Below, one piece after another: positions 28,836-37,666 of a stretch of 64,000 nucleotides of DNA. Made by a program: the position numbers and the translations under genes. Position 1 is the stretch's first letter. Every line of letters starts with the position of its first letter. Source of the stretch: Trueperaceae bacterium (GTDB lineage: Bacteria; Deinococcota; Deinococci; Deinococcales; Trueperaceae); NCBI GenBank assembly GCA_965215565.1, contig CBDCDZ010000004.1, positions 2,496,001 to 2,560,000 on the forward strand. Direction: 5' to 3'. Below the pieces are notes generated by a model. It was not told the DNA's origin. It saw only the letters and a program-made list of their open reading frames with translations, and ran no database searches.

Positions 28836-29750
28836 TCAAGGCGTGACTCTGCGCCCGCTTCTCCCTAAAAGCGCATCTATCCCAGCTTTCGAAATCATCG
28901 CCGCCTTTTCCTGATGCTTTTCTTTGCCGAATATCTTTAAGAGTGCGCCCAGCGCAATGACTTTGACCGCCTTGAACTTCGCGCCCAAATACCCTTCGTG
29001 CTCGGCGCGGCGGAAGACGAGGTTGCGGTAGTCGTAGTAGAGCTTCCAACTCGGCTGCTCGGGCACGCTGACCTTGCGCCCTAAGATGTTGACGTCTTCG
29101 CGCGGCACTTTTTTCATGTCCGCGTGGTAGATGGGGCCGTACGGAAGGCGCAGAATCTTTGCGCCCGCTTTGTGAATGCGGAAGGAATACTCCAAGTCGT
29201 CGTGGTAGATGAAGTAGTGCGCGTGAGGGTAGCCGATCTTTTCGACTAACGTGCGCGGCAGCGCCATCCCGACGAAGATGCCGAACTCCTCTTCGACGGG
29301 TTCAGTCGCGGCAAGTCCACCCTTTTTCTCGTAGGGTAAGGACGGGTTGACGAGCGCATTTTTGCCGTCGTAGAAGTCGGCGAGCGCTTTCGTTGCGCCC
29401 TCGGAGGGAAGCGCGTCATCGTCCATCACCCAGATGAGGTTGCAGTCAATCTGCGCGGCGCGTTTGAAGCCCGCGTGAAAGCCGCCTGCGCCGCCTGTGT
29501 TTTCAGGCAGGACGAGAAGCTCGAGCCCCGGATACGCCTTAGAGAGCATGTCCACTGTTCCGTCCGTGCTCGCGTTGTCCACAATCAAGATGTGACTGAC
29601 CGGATAGGACTGATTCAAAATGCCATCCAAGCAGCGTTTCAAAAGCTCTTTACGGTTGTAAGTGACGACGACAGCGCAAATTTTAACCGTCTTTTTCGGC
29701 ACTTCCCGCTCCGGCGCGACGCCCGTATCCCTTAATACAGAAGAGGTCAT
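28836..29750 (-). CDS. Glycosyltransferase family 2 (probable galactofuranosyltransferase)
   Basis: VVTYNR, NTGGAGGF, WVMDDD, DDLEYS motifs; translationally coupled to glf. Confidence 0.8.
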   Translation of the reverse strand: MTSSVLRDTGVAPEREVPKKTVKICAVVVTYNRKELLKRCLDGILNQSYPVSHILIVDNASTDGTVDMLSKAYPGLELLVLPENTGGAGGFHAGFKRAAQIDCNLIWVMDDDALPSEGATKALADFYDGKNALVNPSLPYEKKGGLAATEPVEEEFGIFVGMALPRTLVEKIGYPHAHYFIYHDDLEYSFRIHKAGAKILRLPYGPIYHADMKKVPREDVNILGRKVSVPEQPSWKLYYDYRNLVFRRAEHEGYLGAKFKAVKVIALGALLKIFGKEKHQEKAAMISKAGIDALLGRSGRRVTP

Positions 29751-30862
29751 TTCGCCATCCTTTCAAAGAGGCTCAAGGCTCGCCCCGTCGCCTGGTCCAT
29801 GTTGTAGTACTTGTAGTCACCTAAGCGTCCCGCGAAGATGACGTTGTCCTGCTCCTTCGCCTCTTCCAAATACTTCTCGTACACCTCGCGGTTCTCGTCG
29901 CGTGGAATTGGGTAGTAAGGCTCGTTTTCACCCAACACGTAGCGCTGCGGGTATTCGGTGACGAGCGTTGTCTTGGGTAACTTCTGACCCGTCAAGTGCT
30001 TCTGCTCGGTGGTGCGGGTGAACTCGTACTCGTTCGGGTAGTTGACCGTCCCGACCTCTTGGTGCTGCGCTTCGTCGAGCGTGGTCAAGCCGAAGCGCAC
30101 GCTCCGGTACGGGAGCGCGCCGTGTTTATAGTCAAAATAGGCGTCGATCTGTCCGGTATAGACCATCTGCTTATACGTGACCTCTTCGGCAATATCTTGA
30201 TAAGGCGTATTGAGAAGCACGCGGATGTTCGGGTGCTTGAGCATCCGCTTGAAGAGTTGCGTGTAGCCGTAGAGAGGAATCGCCTGATACGTGTCCTGAA
30301 AGTAGCGGTCGTCGCGGCTGATATGCACGGGCACGCGCCCCGTGACTGCGGGGCTAAGCTCCTCGGGCGTAAGTTCCCACTGTTTGGTGGTGTAGCCGTA
30401 GAAGACCTTTTGATAGATGTAATCCGCCAACTCTTGCAGCGGTTCAATCCCGCTCTCCCTCATCTTCAAAATCGGCACTTTGACGCCGAAGCCGTAGTGC
30501 TCTAAGAGGAGGCACTCGAGCCTTTTGGCGTAATCTGGCGGAAAGAGCATATAAAGTGCGTTGAGGTTAAAGGGCAGCGGCACTTTTCGCCCGTCTACCA
30601 CGCCCAAAACATGATGGTAGTAAGGACGCCACTCGGTGAAATTCGAGAGGTAATTCCAGACCTTTTGCGAGTTCGTGTGGAAGATGTGCGGTCCGTACTT
30701 GTGCACCAAAACGCCGTGTTCATTGTGCTCGTCGTAGGCGTTGCCGCCGATGTGGTCGCGGCGGTCTACTAAGAGCACCTTTTGGTCCAGTTGCGTCGCG
30801 ATGCGCTCCGCCAGCGTCGCACCTGTAAAGCCTGCGCCGACGATGATCCAGTCTACGTTCAT
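29747..30862 (-). CDS. glf: UDP-galactopyranose mutase
   Basis: GAGFTG, HIGGNAYD, HKYGPHIFHT, EPYYP, GRLGDYKYYNMDQ motifs. Confidence 0.97.
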   Translation of the reverse strand: MNVDWIIVGAGFTGATLAERIATQLDQKVLLVDRRDHIGGNAYDEHNEHGVLVHKYGPHIFHTNSQKVWNYLSNFTEWRPYYHHVLGVVDGRKVPLPFNLNALYMLFPPDYAKRLECLLLEHYGFGVKVPILKMRESGIEPLQELADYIYQKVFYGYTTKQWELTPEELSPAVTGRVPVHISRDDRYFQDTYQAIPLYGYTQLFKRMLKHPNIRVLLNTPYQDIAEEVTYKQMVYTGQIDAYFDYKHGALPYRSVRFGLTTLDEAQHQEVGTVNYPNEYEFTRTTEQKHLTGQKLPKTTLVTEYPQRYVLGENEPYYPIPRDENREVYEKYLEEAKEQDNVIFAGRLGDYKYYNMDQATGRALSLFERMAK

Positions 30863-31023
30863 AGAGGTCTCCTGCTAAAATCTGTAAGATTTTGGCAACG
30901 TTTAGCGGTTAAGGACCACGATTCATTCGTGGTCCGACTCCGCAAGTTCTCACTGTGGAGGTCTGTGCTCATAGAGGTCTACTTTCTTTTGAAGTCGTTG
31001 TGAAAAAAGTCATATTAGTTCTA

Positions 31024-31989
31024 TCAGTCTACGTCTTGAGGCGTCTTCAGCCACGCTGATAGGTCACGGTCAATCAAGGTTTGTAACTTGAGGATGTCCT
31101 CGCGGTAAAGCTCGGTGAGTTCCGCCTTGACCTGCGGGTCTAAGGGCGGCTTGGCGAGGTTGTTCTGCCGCACATTGGTGATGAGCTTATAGCGCAGCCC
31201 ATCCGGGATGAGGTATTTGAAGGTGGACTTAAACCAGTTGGGTTTGGCTAAAAAGCTGTGGAGGGCTCTGTTTTTGGGCACGCCCGAGACGTTGAGTTTG
31301 AGAGAGGTATCGGGTTTGAAGTCGGGGTCTACCCCTAAGAACGCGAAGAGGTCACGGAATAAGGCGTCGGCGTCGTGCTTGAGGTCCTCTTGCAGATAGA
31401 CCTTGATGTTCTCAGCCGGAAAGTGCGCGTAGTAGCGGCTCAGTTGCGCGTAGTAGAACCCTAAGCGGCGGTAGTGCCAGATGTGTTCGTAACCTGCGGC
31501 GACGCGGGCGTCCTCTTCGCGTAACGCTTGCGCGAAATCTCGAAGCGGCTCACGGTCGTCGCGGATGAGGTGGAGGAAGCTGGCGTAAGCGCGTTCGGCG
31601 GGGTTGCGCAGCATCACGATGATTTTGGCGTCGGGGACGTAGTGAGTGATGCGCTTTATGGCGCGTTCGCTGTAGAGGTACAAGGGTGAAGCTTCGCCCA
31701 GCGCGATTTCGTCCGTGACGCCATCATACTGCGCCTTGTAATCCTCCAAAGAGGTCACGGAGAAGTCGTTGACGGCTTCATCGTCGCCCGGCCCGGTGAA
31801 GGTAAGAGGTTGATTCTCTAAGGCAAAAAAGTTCGTCTCTTTCGTGTGCGAGACGTACACCTGCGGGTGCTGCTTGATGTAGGCGTGCAGCGCCGTCGTG
31901 CCCGCTTTCGCCGCACCGACAATCAAAAAGTTAGGCATCTGGTGAGAGGTTGTATCTGTAGTCGTTGGTGAGGTTGTCAGTTGGGTCAT
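31024..31989 (-). CDS. Sulfotransferase
   Basis: PAPS-binding IVGAAKAGTT (5'-PSB) and LRNPAERAYAS (3'-PB); GEASPLY. Confidence 0.92.
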   Translation of the reverse strand: MTQLTTSPTTTDTTSHQMPNFLIVGAAKAGTTALHAYIKQHPQVYVSHTKETNFFALENQPLTFTGPGDDEAVNDFSVTSLEDYKAQYDGVTDEIALGEASPLYLYSERAIKRITHYVPDAKIIVMLRNPAERAYASFLHLIRDDREPLRDFAQALREEDARVAAGYEHIWHYRRLGFYYAQLSRYYAHFPAENIKVYLQEDLKHDADALFRDLFAFLGVDPDFKPDTSLKLNVSGVPKNRALHSFLAKPNWFKSTFKYLIPDGLRYKLITNVRQNNLAKPPLDPQVKAELTELYREDILKLQTLIDRDLSAWLKTPQDVD

Positions 31990-31998
31990 AAAATCCTT

Positions 31999-33360
31999 CT
32001 ATCCGCGCTTCTCATTTTTACGCACGTCGATGAGCCCCAGAATAGAGTAGAAGCCGAAGCGTTTATACACGAACGCGGCTAAGAGCGTGTTGTAGACCGC
32101 CATGCTGGTGGCGGTGGCGGTGGCTGCGCCGACCATCCCCAAGCGCGGAATGAGCAAGAGGTTCAAGGCGACATTCAGAACAGCGCTCGTACCGATGGCT
32201 TTGGCGGAGTCGCGCTCGTGCCCCGTCATGTTGAGCATCTGCCCGACGGAGCCAGCGGCGGCGTCTACGAGAAAGCCCAAACTGAGCACAGCTAACGCGG
32301 CGTGTCCGGCGGGAAATTCGGGTCCGAAGATGCGCAAGAAGGGGCCTCCGAAAAGGATGAGCCCGAGCGCGAGAGGTAAAGAGCAGAGGAAGATGATGCG
32401 GGTGGTGCGGCGAATCGTAGACTCGAGCTTCTCCCGCTCTCCCTGCGCGTAGAGCTTCGCGATGACGGGCGAGAGCGCCGCGTTGACCGCCGCCAACACG
32501 AACGCGATGAGCGCCGCGCCCTGCGCCACAATGCGGTAGATGCCCACCTCAGTCTGCGTGCCCAAAAAGCCCAGCATGATGATGTCGGTGCGCGCGTTGA
32601 TGATCAGCACGCCGCCGATGAGCAAAAAGGGTAGGGCGCTGCGGAGCCACGCGCCCATCTGATAGTGAGGCGTAGCCTGCGTGACCTCTCGAGCCAACGC
32701 CCGCCGCAAAAGCCACGCGCCGACGAGGAATGATACGCCTGTCGCGGCGACGGACATCCCAACCGCCCACGCCGCGTTGAACTCCGAGCCGAGGAAGAGG
32801 TAAGCGCCCACGACAAACGCGATAAGCAAAACCGGACGCACCAGCATCTCCGGGACTTGCCCCGCAATCACGTGGTTGAGACCTCTTAGCGCCGCTTGGC
32901 GCACCAGCGTCAGCGCCGCCAGCGGAAGCGAACTGAACGCGACGATGAGCGCTAGCGAAGAGGGAGAGAGCCCTTGAACACTCCAAACGATGAGCGTTGC
33001 GGTGAGCGCGATGAGCAGCGAGGCGAGGAGCGCCGCGCCGTTCGCCCACCGCAAGATTCCTTTGAGGTGTCCCCACGCTTCCCTAGTCCGGTAAACCGAG
33101 ACCTCTCTTACTAATAGCTCGCCTAAGCCGAGCACGGCGGGGATAGTGAGCAAATTGACCCAGGCGAACGCCAAAGCGTACGCGCCGAAAGAGGTCGCGC
33201 CTAAGAGGTTGGTTAGCAGGATGCTCGAGGCGAACCCCAGCCCCGTCCCACCCACCTTGAGCGCAAACGTGCCGAGTGCGCCCCTGGCGGTCTTTCCTCT
33301 GACGGCGTCGTAAAGTCGGGATGGTAGCGTAGCCGTTCCTATGTTTTTCAGCGTGTTCAA
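31999..33360 (-). CDS. Wzx polysaccharide flippase
   Basis: About 12 TM helices; DIIMLG, GIYR, LIPRLGMVGAA motifs; inside the glycan locus. Confidence 0.9.
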   Translation of the reverse strand: MNTLKNIGTATLPSRLYDAVRGKTARGALGTFALKVGGTGLGFASSILLTNLLGATSFGAYALAFAWVNLLTIPAVLGLGELLVREVSVYRTREAWGHLKGILRWANGAALLASLLIALTATLIVWSVQGLSPSSLALIVAFSSLPLAALTLVRQAALRGLNHVIAGQVPEMLVRPVLLIAFVVGAYLFLGSEFNAAWAVGMSVAATGVSFLVGAWLLRRALAREVTQATPHYQMGAWLRSALPFLLIGGVLIINARTDIIMLGFLGTQTEVGIYRIVAQGAALIAFVLAAVNAALSPVIAKLYAQGEREKLESTIRRTTRIIFLCSLPLALGLILFGGPFLRIFGPEFPAGHAALAVLSLGFLVDAAAGSVGQMLNMTGHERDSAKAIGTSAVLNVALNLLLIPRLGMVGAATATATSMAVYNTLLAAFVYKRFGFYSILGLIDVRKNEKRG

Positions 33361-33621
33361 ATCGCGTGCCCCCGCGAGTAAGTTGAAGTGAAAGGATGCC
33401 TAAGCGGGGCTCCTTATCTCTAGGATACCAGCATGACAAGTCTTAATGAGGATTGATGAAGGTGCAGCGTAGCGAGCGTTCCCCGTCCACTATGAGCGTA
33501 GCCAAAGCATGAACGCCTTTGGGTTATGCGTTCATGCTCACGTCATCTATTTGACGGGGTCAAGCACTTGACGGAGGACCTGTGCGCGCGGTGCTTCAAT
33601 AGGGTCCGAAAGGGGTTCAAA

Positions 33622-34125
33622 ATGAATAAAGTCGCAGTTATACTTATTATGCTCATGCTAAGTCTGGGTTTCGCTCAGGACACGGGAGGGATGAGCGATA
33701 TGGCGTCTGCCGAACTGTCCGCGACGACGGACAGCGGGACGCCCGAAGCTTACACCGAGGAACGCTGGCAGGAGGCGAGCGGAACGGCGTCTGCCTCGTC
33801 ACAGTCCGAGGGTGAATACACGGTGCGCTTGGAGGCGAGCGGCTTGGTCCCGGATGGGCTCTACACCACCTGGTACGTCATCCCCGGTACCCTGGGCACG
33901 TCCGCCGGGCAAGAAGTAGGTCCTGCGGGGGGTGTGCCCAACGAATTTCGCGCGGACGCCCAAGGAAGCGCCACCTTCGAATTCACGGTGCCCGCCGAGA
34001 ACGACTACCGAGACCTCGTCGTCGCCTACCACGCGGACGACATGACGCACGGCGAGATGCCGGGCGCGATGGGCGAGGTGACGTTTGCTCACCTGATGAC
34101 GGCTTTTCCTGCGCCGAGCAATTAG
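33622..34125 (+). CDS. Secreted hypothetical protein with Met/His-rich C-terminus
   Basis: AAGGGG SD, signal peptide MNKVAV...GFAQ; ends AYHADDMTHGEMPGAMGEVTFAHLM. Confidence 0.8.
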   Translation: MNKVAVILIMLMLSLGFAQDTGGMSDMASAELSATTDSGTPEAYTEERWQEASGTASASSQSEGEYTVRLEASGLVPDGLYTTWYVIPGTLGTSAGQEVGPAGGVPNEFRADAQGSATFEFTVPAENDYRDLVVAYHADDMTHGEMPGAMGEVTFAHLMTAFPAPSN

Positions 34126-34137
34126 ACTTTAACCTCA

Positions 34138-34237
34138 ATAAGACCAAGTATGAGTGAGGCGGGTGAGCGCAGATATCGTCTCAGAACGTGCGTGCTAGAC
34201 ACCGCTTTGCATAGTGAGACTGGCTCAAACCAGATGA
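34138..34237 (+). repeat. Repeat family A, copy 3, interrupted by IS110 (its end continues at 35362-35372)
   Basis: GCGCAGATATCGTCTCAGAACGTGCGTGCTAG...AGTGAGA...ACCAGATGA | IS110 | GATACCTGCTA; left boundary approximate. Confidence 0.8.
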
Positions 34238-34253
34238 ACTTAGTATAGAGTTG

Positions 34254-35192
34254 TCAAGCCCCCTTCCACCTCTGTGGGTGCTGCTGAGTGACTTGCAGCA
34301 TGAAACGAAAGAGTTCTCTTGCGAGATAGGTTTTGAGACTTCTTAGAGCAGCCCGGCGGGTCTTGCCTTGCTGCTGTTTCTTGTCGAGATAGGCTCTTGT
34401 CGGTTCGCTGTGGCGCAGTCTGACTTGGGCAATCATGTGAAAGGTGCGGTTGAGCCGACGGTTGCCGCCGATGTTGAGTTGCCTTCTCTTCTGACCACCA
34501 GAAGAGCGCTCGACAGGCGCACAACCTGAATACATGGCAAAGGCGTGTTGTGAACGAAAGCGTCGGATGTCACCTGCTTCAGCAAGTAGCGTGGCGGCGT
34601 GAACGACGCCGACGCCAAAGACCTCTAAGAGTTCAGGCATCAGTTCGTCAACGAGGGCTTTCATCGCCTGCTCGAGCGTCTTGAGTTGTTCTTTAAGCAC
34701 TGCAATAACGGCTTCGACGGCTTGGCGAGCCACCTCTAGCTCAAGGCTCGCTAAGCTCAGCTTGTGCGCTGTAAGCTGTTTAGCTAGCGCTTCTCGGGTG
34801 CGGGTCAGATGTTTGAGGTCTTCAACCGCTTGCCGAGGTGCAAACGTAGTCAGCTCAGGATTAGCCAAAGCAGCCCGAGCTACGTTTTCAGCGTCTACCT
34901 CATCACTCTTCTTGCGTCCTCTTTTGCTGCGGTACTGACTCGTCAGACTCGGACTAATGTCCACAACCTTATGGTCCTGCCCGAGCAACGCTTGACTCAA
35001 CCTCCGAGCAAAGGGGTTATTCGCCCCTTCAATAGCGCACCGCTGAACGTCATAGCGCTTTATCCAGTGCTCCAAAGTTGCCAAGCCCTCAGCCGTATTC
35101 GTAACGGTGCAGTGACCTAATACCTTGCCCTGTTTATCTAACGCTGCTGCGGTATGGCTCTGCGGATGTGGATCAACCCCTATAATGACCAT
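34254..35192 (-). CDS. IS110 family recombinase/transposase
   Basis: RuvC-like DEDD residues (GVD, IEG, KSDEVDA), coiled coil, Tnp domain GVG..A..LLAE.GD..RF, catalytic SSG, GNRRL; SD AAGGAGG. Confidence 0.96.
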   Translation of the reverse strand: MVIIGVDPHPQSHTAAALDKQGKVLGHCTVTNTAEGLATLEHWIKRYDVQRCAIEGANNPFARRLSQALLGQDHKVVDISPSLTSQYRSKRGRKKSDEVDAENVARAALANPELTTFAPRQAVEDLKHLTRTREALAKQLTAHKLSLASLELEVARQAVEAVIAVLKEQLKTLEQAMKALVDELMPELLEVFGVGVVHAATLLAEAGDIRRFRSQHAFAMYSGCAPVERSSGGQKRRQLNIGGNRRLNRTFHMIAQVRLRHSEPTRAYLDKKQQQGKTRRAALRSLKTYLARELFRFMLQVTQQHPQRWKGA

Positions 35193-35207
35193 ACAACCTC
35201 CTTAGGT

Positions 35208-35348
35208 TGCTGCTCACGGTAGCTGCTTATCCGTCTATGAGGCTACTAAGCGTCTTAGTATCAGGCAAGCTCCGTGTAGCTTAGTGAGCGAGGTGTGCAG
35301 TTCATCTGTTAGCCCTAAAGCTGATACTTGCTGGGCATCACCTCGCTT
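35208..35348 (-). ncRNA. Predicted IS110 bridge RNA (target-binding and donor-binding loops)
   Basis: Stem AGCGAGGTG/CACCTCGCT encloses AGCAAGTATC and ACAGATGA, which match the two target halves. Stem CACGGAGCT/AGCTACCGTG encloses ATACTAAG and ATAGACGGA, which match the donor junction halves. Boundaries approximate. Confidence 0.85.
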
Positions 35349-35413
35349 CTCTTAATATACGGATACCTGCTAGTAGAAGGCTCGCCCTTGAAAATAAGAT
35401 AACCTTGTGTAAC

Positions 35414-36060
35414 GTGACAAAAGCCATTATCTTTGACCTTGATCAAACGCTGATTGATAGAACGAAAACATTTCAACGTTTCCTCGAGGCACAGTATTTC
35501 CGTTTCCAGAATGACTTAAATGCCGTGTCTAGAGACCTCTTCATCTCGACAATTCAACATTGTGATAACAACGGGTATACACCGAAAAGAGAGGTTTATG
35601 CTCAGGCTTGTGCGGCGTGGGGCTCGAGCTTAGCGGCGAACTCCACGCTGACTTTGAAGAGGTCTACGGTCAAGAGCCCATCTTATTTGAAGGGGCTAAA
35701 GAGGTGCTTAGGGCGCTACAAGCACATTACAAGCTCGGTTTGATTACGAACGGACGAAGCCAAAGTCAAAACGCCAAAATCGATAACGCTGGCATCCGTG
35801 AGTTTTTCGGCTCGATCAAGATTTCAGAAGAAGAGGGCGTCAAAAAACCAAACCCTATCATTTTCGAGCGTTGTGTCAATCAGCTTGGCGTCACTTCAGA
35901 AGAAGCGGTCTATGTAGGTGACCATCCTGAGAAAGACATTATGGCGGCTCGAGCGGTAGGGCTTAAAGCGGTTTGGGTACGGAATGCTCACTACTCTAAA
36001 CCTAAAAGTGCCGATGGTGCTATCGGTCATCTTAGTGAACTTGTGGACCTCATAGTTTGA
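35414..36060 (+). pseudogene. HAD-family hydrolase with a 1-bp frameshift
   Basis: IIFDLDQTL motif I in one frame; ITNG, KPNP, YVGD...DI in another; break near 35618 (GCG T[T]G GGG). Confidence 0.82.
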
Positions 36061-36090
36061 AGTAGGAGATTAGAATTGTATATGTTTAGG

Positions 36091-36966
36091 AGACCTCTTG
36101 CAAAAGTAGACATATAGCTGCAAAGTAAGGCTATGCGATACGAAGAGATTAGAGGACTAGCGCCAGAAGGGTTCAGACGTTTGACAGGCGTCAAGCCTGG
36201 TGTGTTCAAACAGATGCTCGACGTTCTAGGAGAAGCTGAACGGCAGAAGAAGAAGGCGGGACGCACAAGCAAACTCAGCTTGGAGGACAAACTGCTCTTA
36301 GCGCTGTCGTACTGGCGCGAATACAGGACGCAGTTTCATATTGCGGCGAGTTACGGACTGCACGAGTCCACAGCGAACCGGATCATCACACGGATTGAAG
36401 ACGTACTCATCGCTTCAGGCAAGTTCAGCTTACCTAAAAGGCGCGAGGTGGAAGAGATTGAGTGGACTGTCGTCTTGATTGATGTCACCGAGACGCCTAT
36501 TGAGAAGCCCAAAAAAAGGAGCGACGTTACTTTAGCGGAAAAAAGCAGCGCCACACGCTGAAGAGTCAAGTGCTGGTAGACGCAAGTGACACGAGGATTC
36601 TTTCAACAGCCCACGCCAAAGGTCCCAAGCACGACTACAAGCTGTTCAAAGAAACAGCCCCTAGGTGTAAACCTGAAGTCTGGTACGTCGCTGATAGCGG
36701 CTATCAAGGCTTAGCAACGCGTCATCCACAGACCTGCTTGCCCGTCAAAAAGCCTAAGGGCGGTGAGCTTAGTGATGAAGCCAAACAACACAACCGCGCT
36801 CTAGGACGCTTCCGCATCGCGGTAGAACATGTGATTCGTTCGCTCAAGATCTGGCGTATCCTCAAAGAAACTTACCGTAATAGGCGCAAGCGCTTCTCCT
36901 TACGCTTCAACCTCATCGCCGGGCTCATCAACGCCAACCTCGATTCATGACTTTTGCAAGAGGTCT
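36091..36966 (+). mobile_element. IS5-family (ISL2/IS702-like) insertion sequence, 876 bp
   Basis: Perfect 17-bp TIR AGACCTCTTGCAAAAGT / ACTTTTGCAAGAGGTCT; 3-bp AGG target duplication. Confidence 0.95.
36133..36950 (+). CDS. IS5-family transposase, orfA/orfB joined by a -1 frameshift at the A7 tract 36511-36517
   Basis: FRRLTGV HTH in orfA, IDVTE.PIEKPKK; the -1 frame continues KERRYFSGKKQRHTLK...ADSGYQG...RIAVEHV. Confidence 0.9.
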
Positions 36967-37606
36967 AGGGAAGAACTCGAGGTCATCTTTGGCGAACAAG
37001 CGTTAGAGCTAGGCTTATTCTATAAAGTTGAGGTCGCACTCCGATTCGAACTGAGTTTGGGAGGCTCGTACATCGATCAATTCAGTACCGCCTTTGACCG
37101 TGGACGTACGATATTGGCTCAAGCTTTTGAAGGCGCTGAAAGGTTTGTTTTCATTATCAGCACCTTCAGCACAAATCCTCCTCGCTTCAGCCATCTAGCT
37201 TTACGTTCACTGAAAGATTGTGGAATCGGCGTTTCTCGACCTTACGAGTACTGGTGCATCGAGCAAGATTTAGGAGCTTTCACGTCAGAAAACAGAGTAT
37301 TTATCGCATTTGAGGGTACGAAGGAACAAATTGGTTATGCCCTTTGGGGCGCTTTAGCTAGAGACCTTGGTATAAAGCCCAAGCTATCTTGTAGTGTTCA
37401 TGTCGCCGCACCTGAACTTGGTATCTTAGCGCATCCCTACGATGATAGAGGAATGGACCTTATCGGCCCGAATCAGTCTCGCTTAAAGTCTTTGTACACC
37501 GAATTTGACAGTTGGCTATTGAATTATGACAGAGAGAGGATGAATAAGATTATCGGAACCCTCTGAGTACCTCGAGAAACCTTCGCATCCTGTATATTTT
37601 TCAAGC

Positions 37607-37639
37607 AAAAGGGAGTGGGTAGCAAGCTACCCACTCCTC
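37607..37639. terminator. Intrinsic terminator between convergent genes (U-tract on the ugd strand)
   Basis: AAAAG-GGAGTGGGTAGC-AA-GCTACCCACTCC. Confidence 0.8.
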
Positions 37640-37666
37640 GAGCATTTCTGAAGATCTACAGAACGA

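Larger units (their letters stand above)
34238..35361 (-). mobile_element. Complete IS110-family element flanked by a duplicated 2-bp core (GA at 34236-37 and 35362-63)
   Basis: Removing the element plus one GA restores ACCAGATGATACCTGCTA, identical to 5969-5986. No terminal inverted repeats; about 170 bp of non-coding sequence upstream of the recombinase. Confidence 0.93.
36082..37566 (+). pseudogene. DUF3885-like protein interrupted at codon 3 by an IS5-family element
   Basis: ATG TTT AGG | IS | AGG GAA GAA CTC... rejoins in frame as MFREELEVIFGEQALELGLFY..LRFELSLGG...HPYDDRGMD. Confidence 0.8.

Noticed and set aside
34254..35361. TIGR-Tas-like system
   Set aside because: The protein keeps the IS110 catalytic SSG motif, has clear insertion junctions and has no repeat array.
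36133..36950. IS5 transposase as a pseudogene
   Set aside because: The split at the PKK A-tract is typical of this IS group, and the TIRs are perfect.
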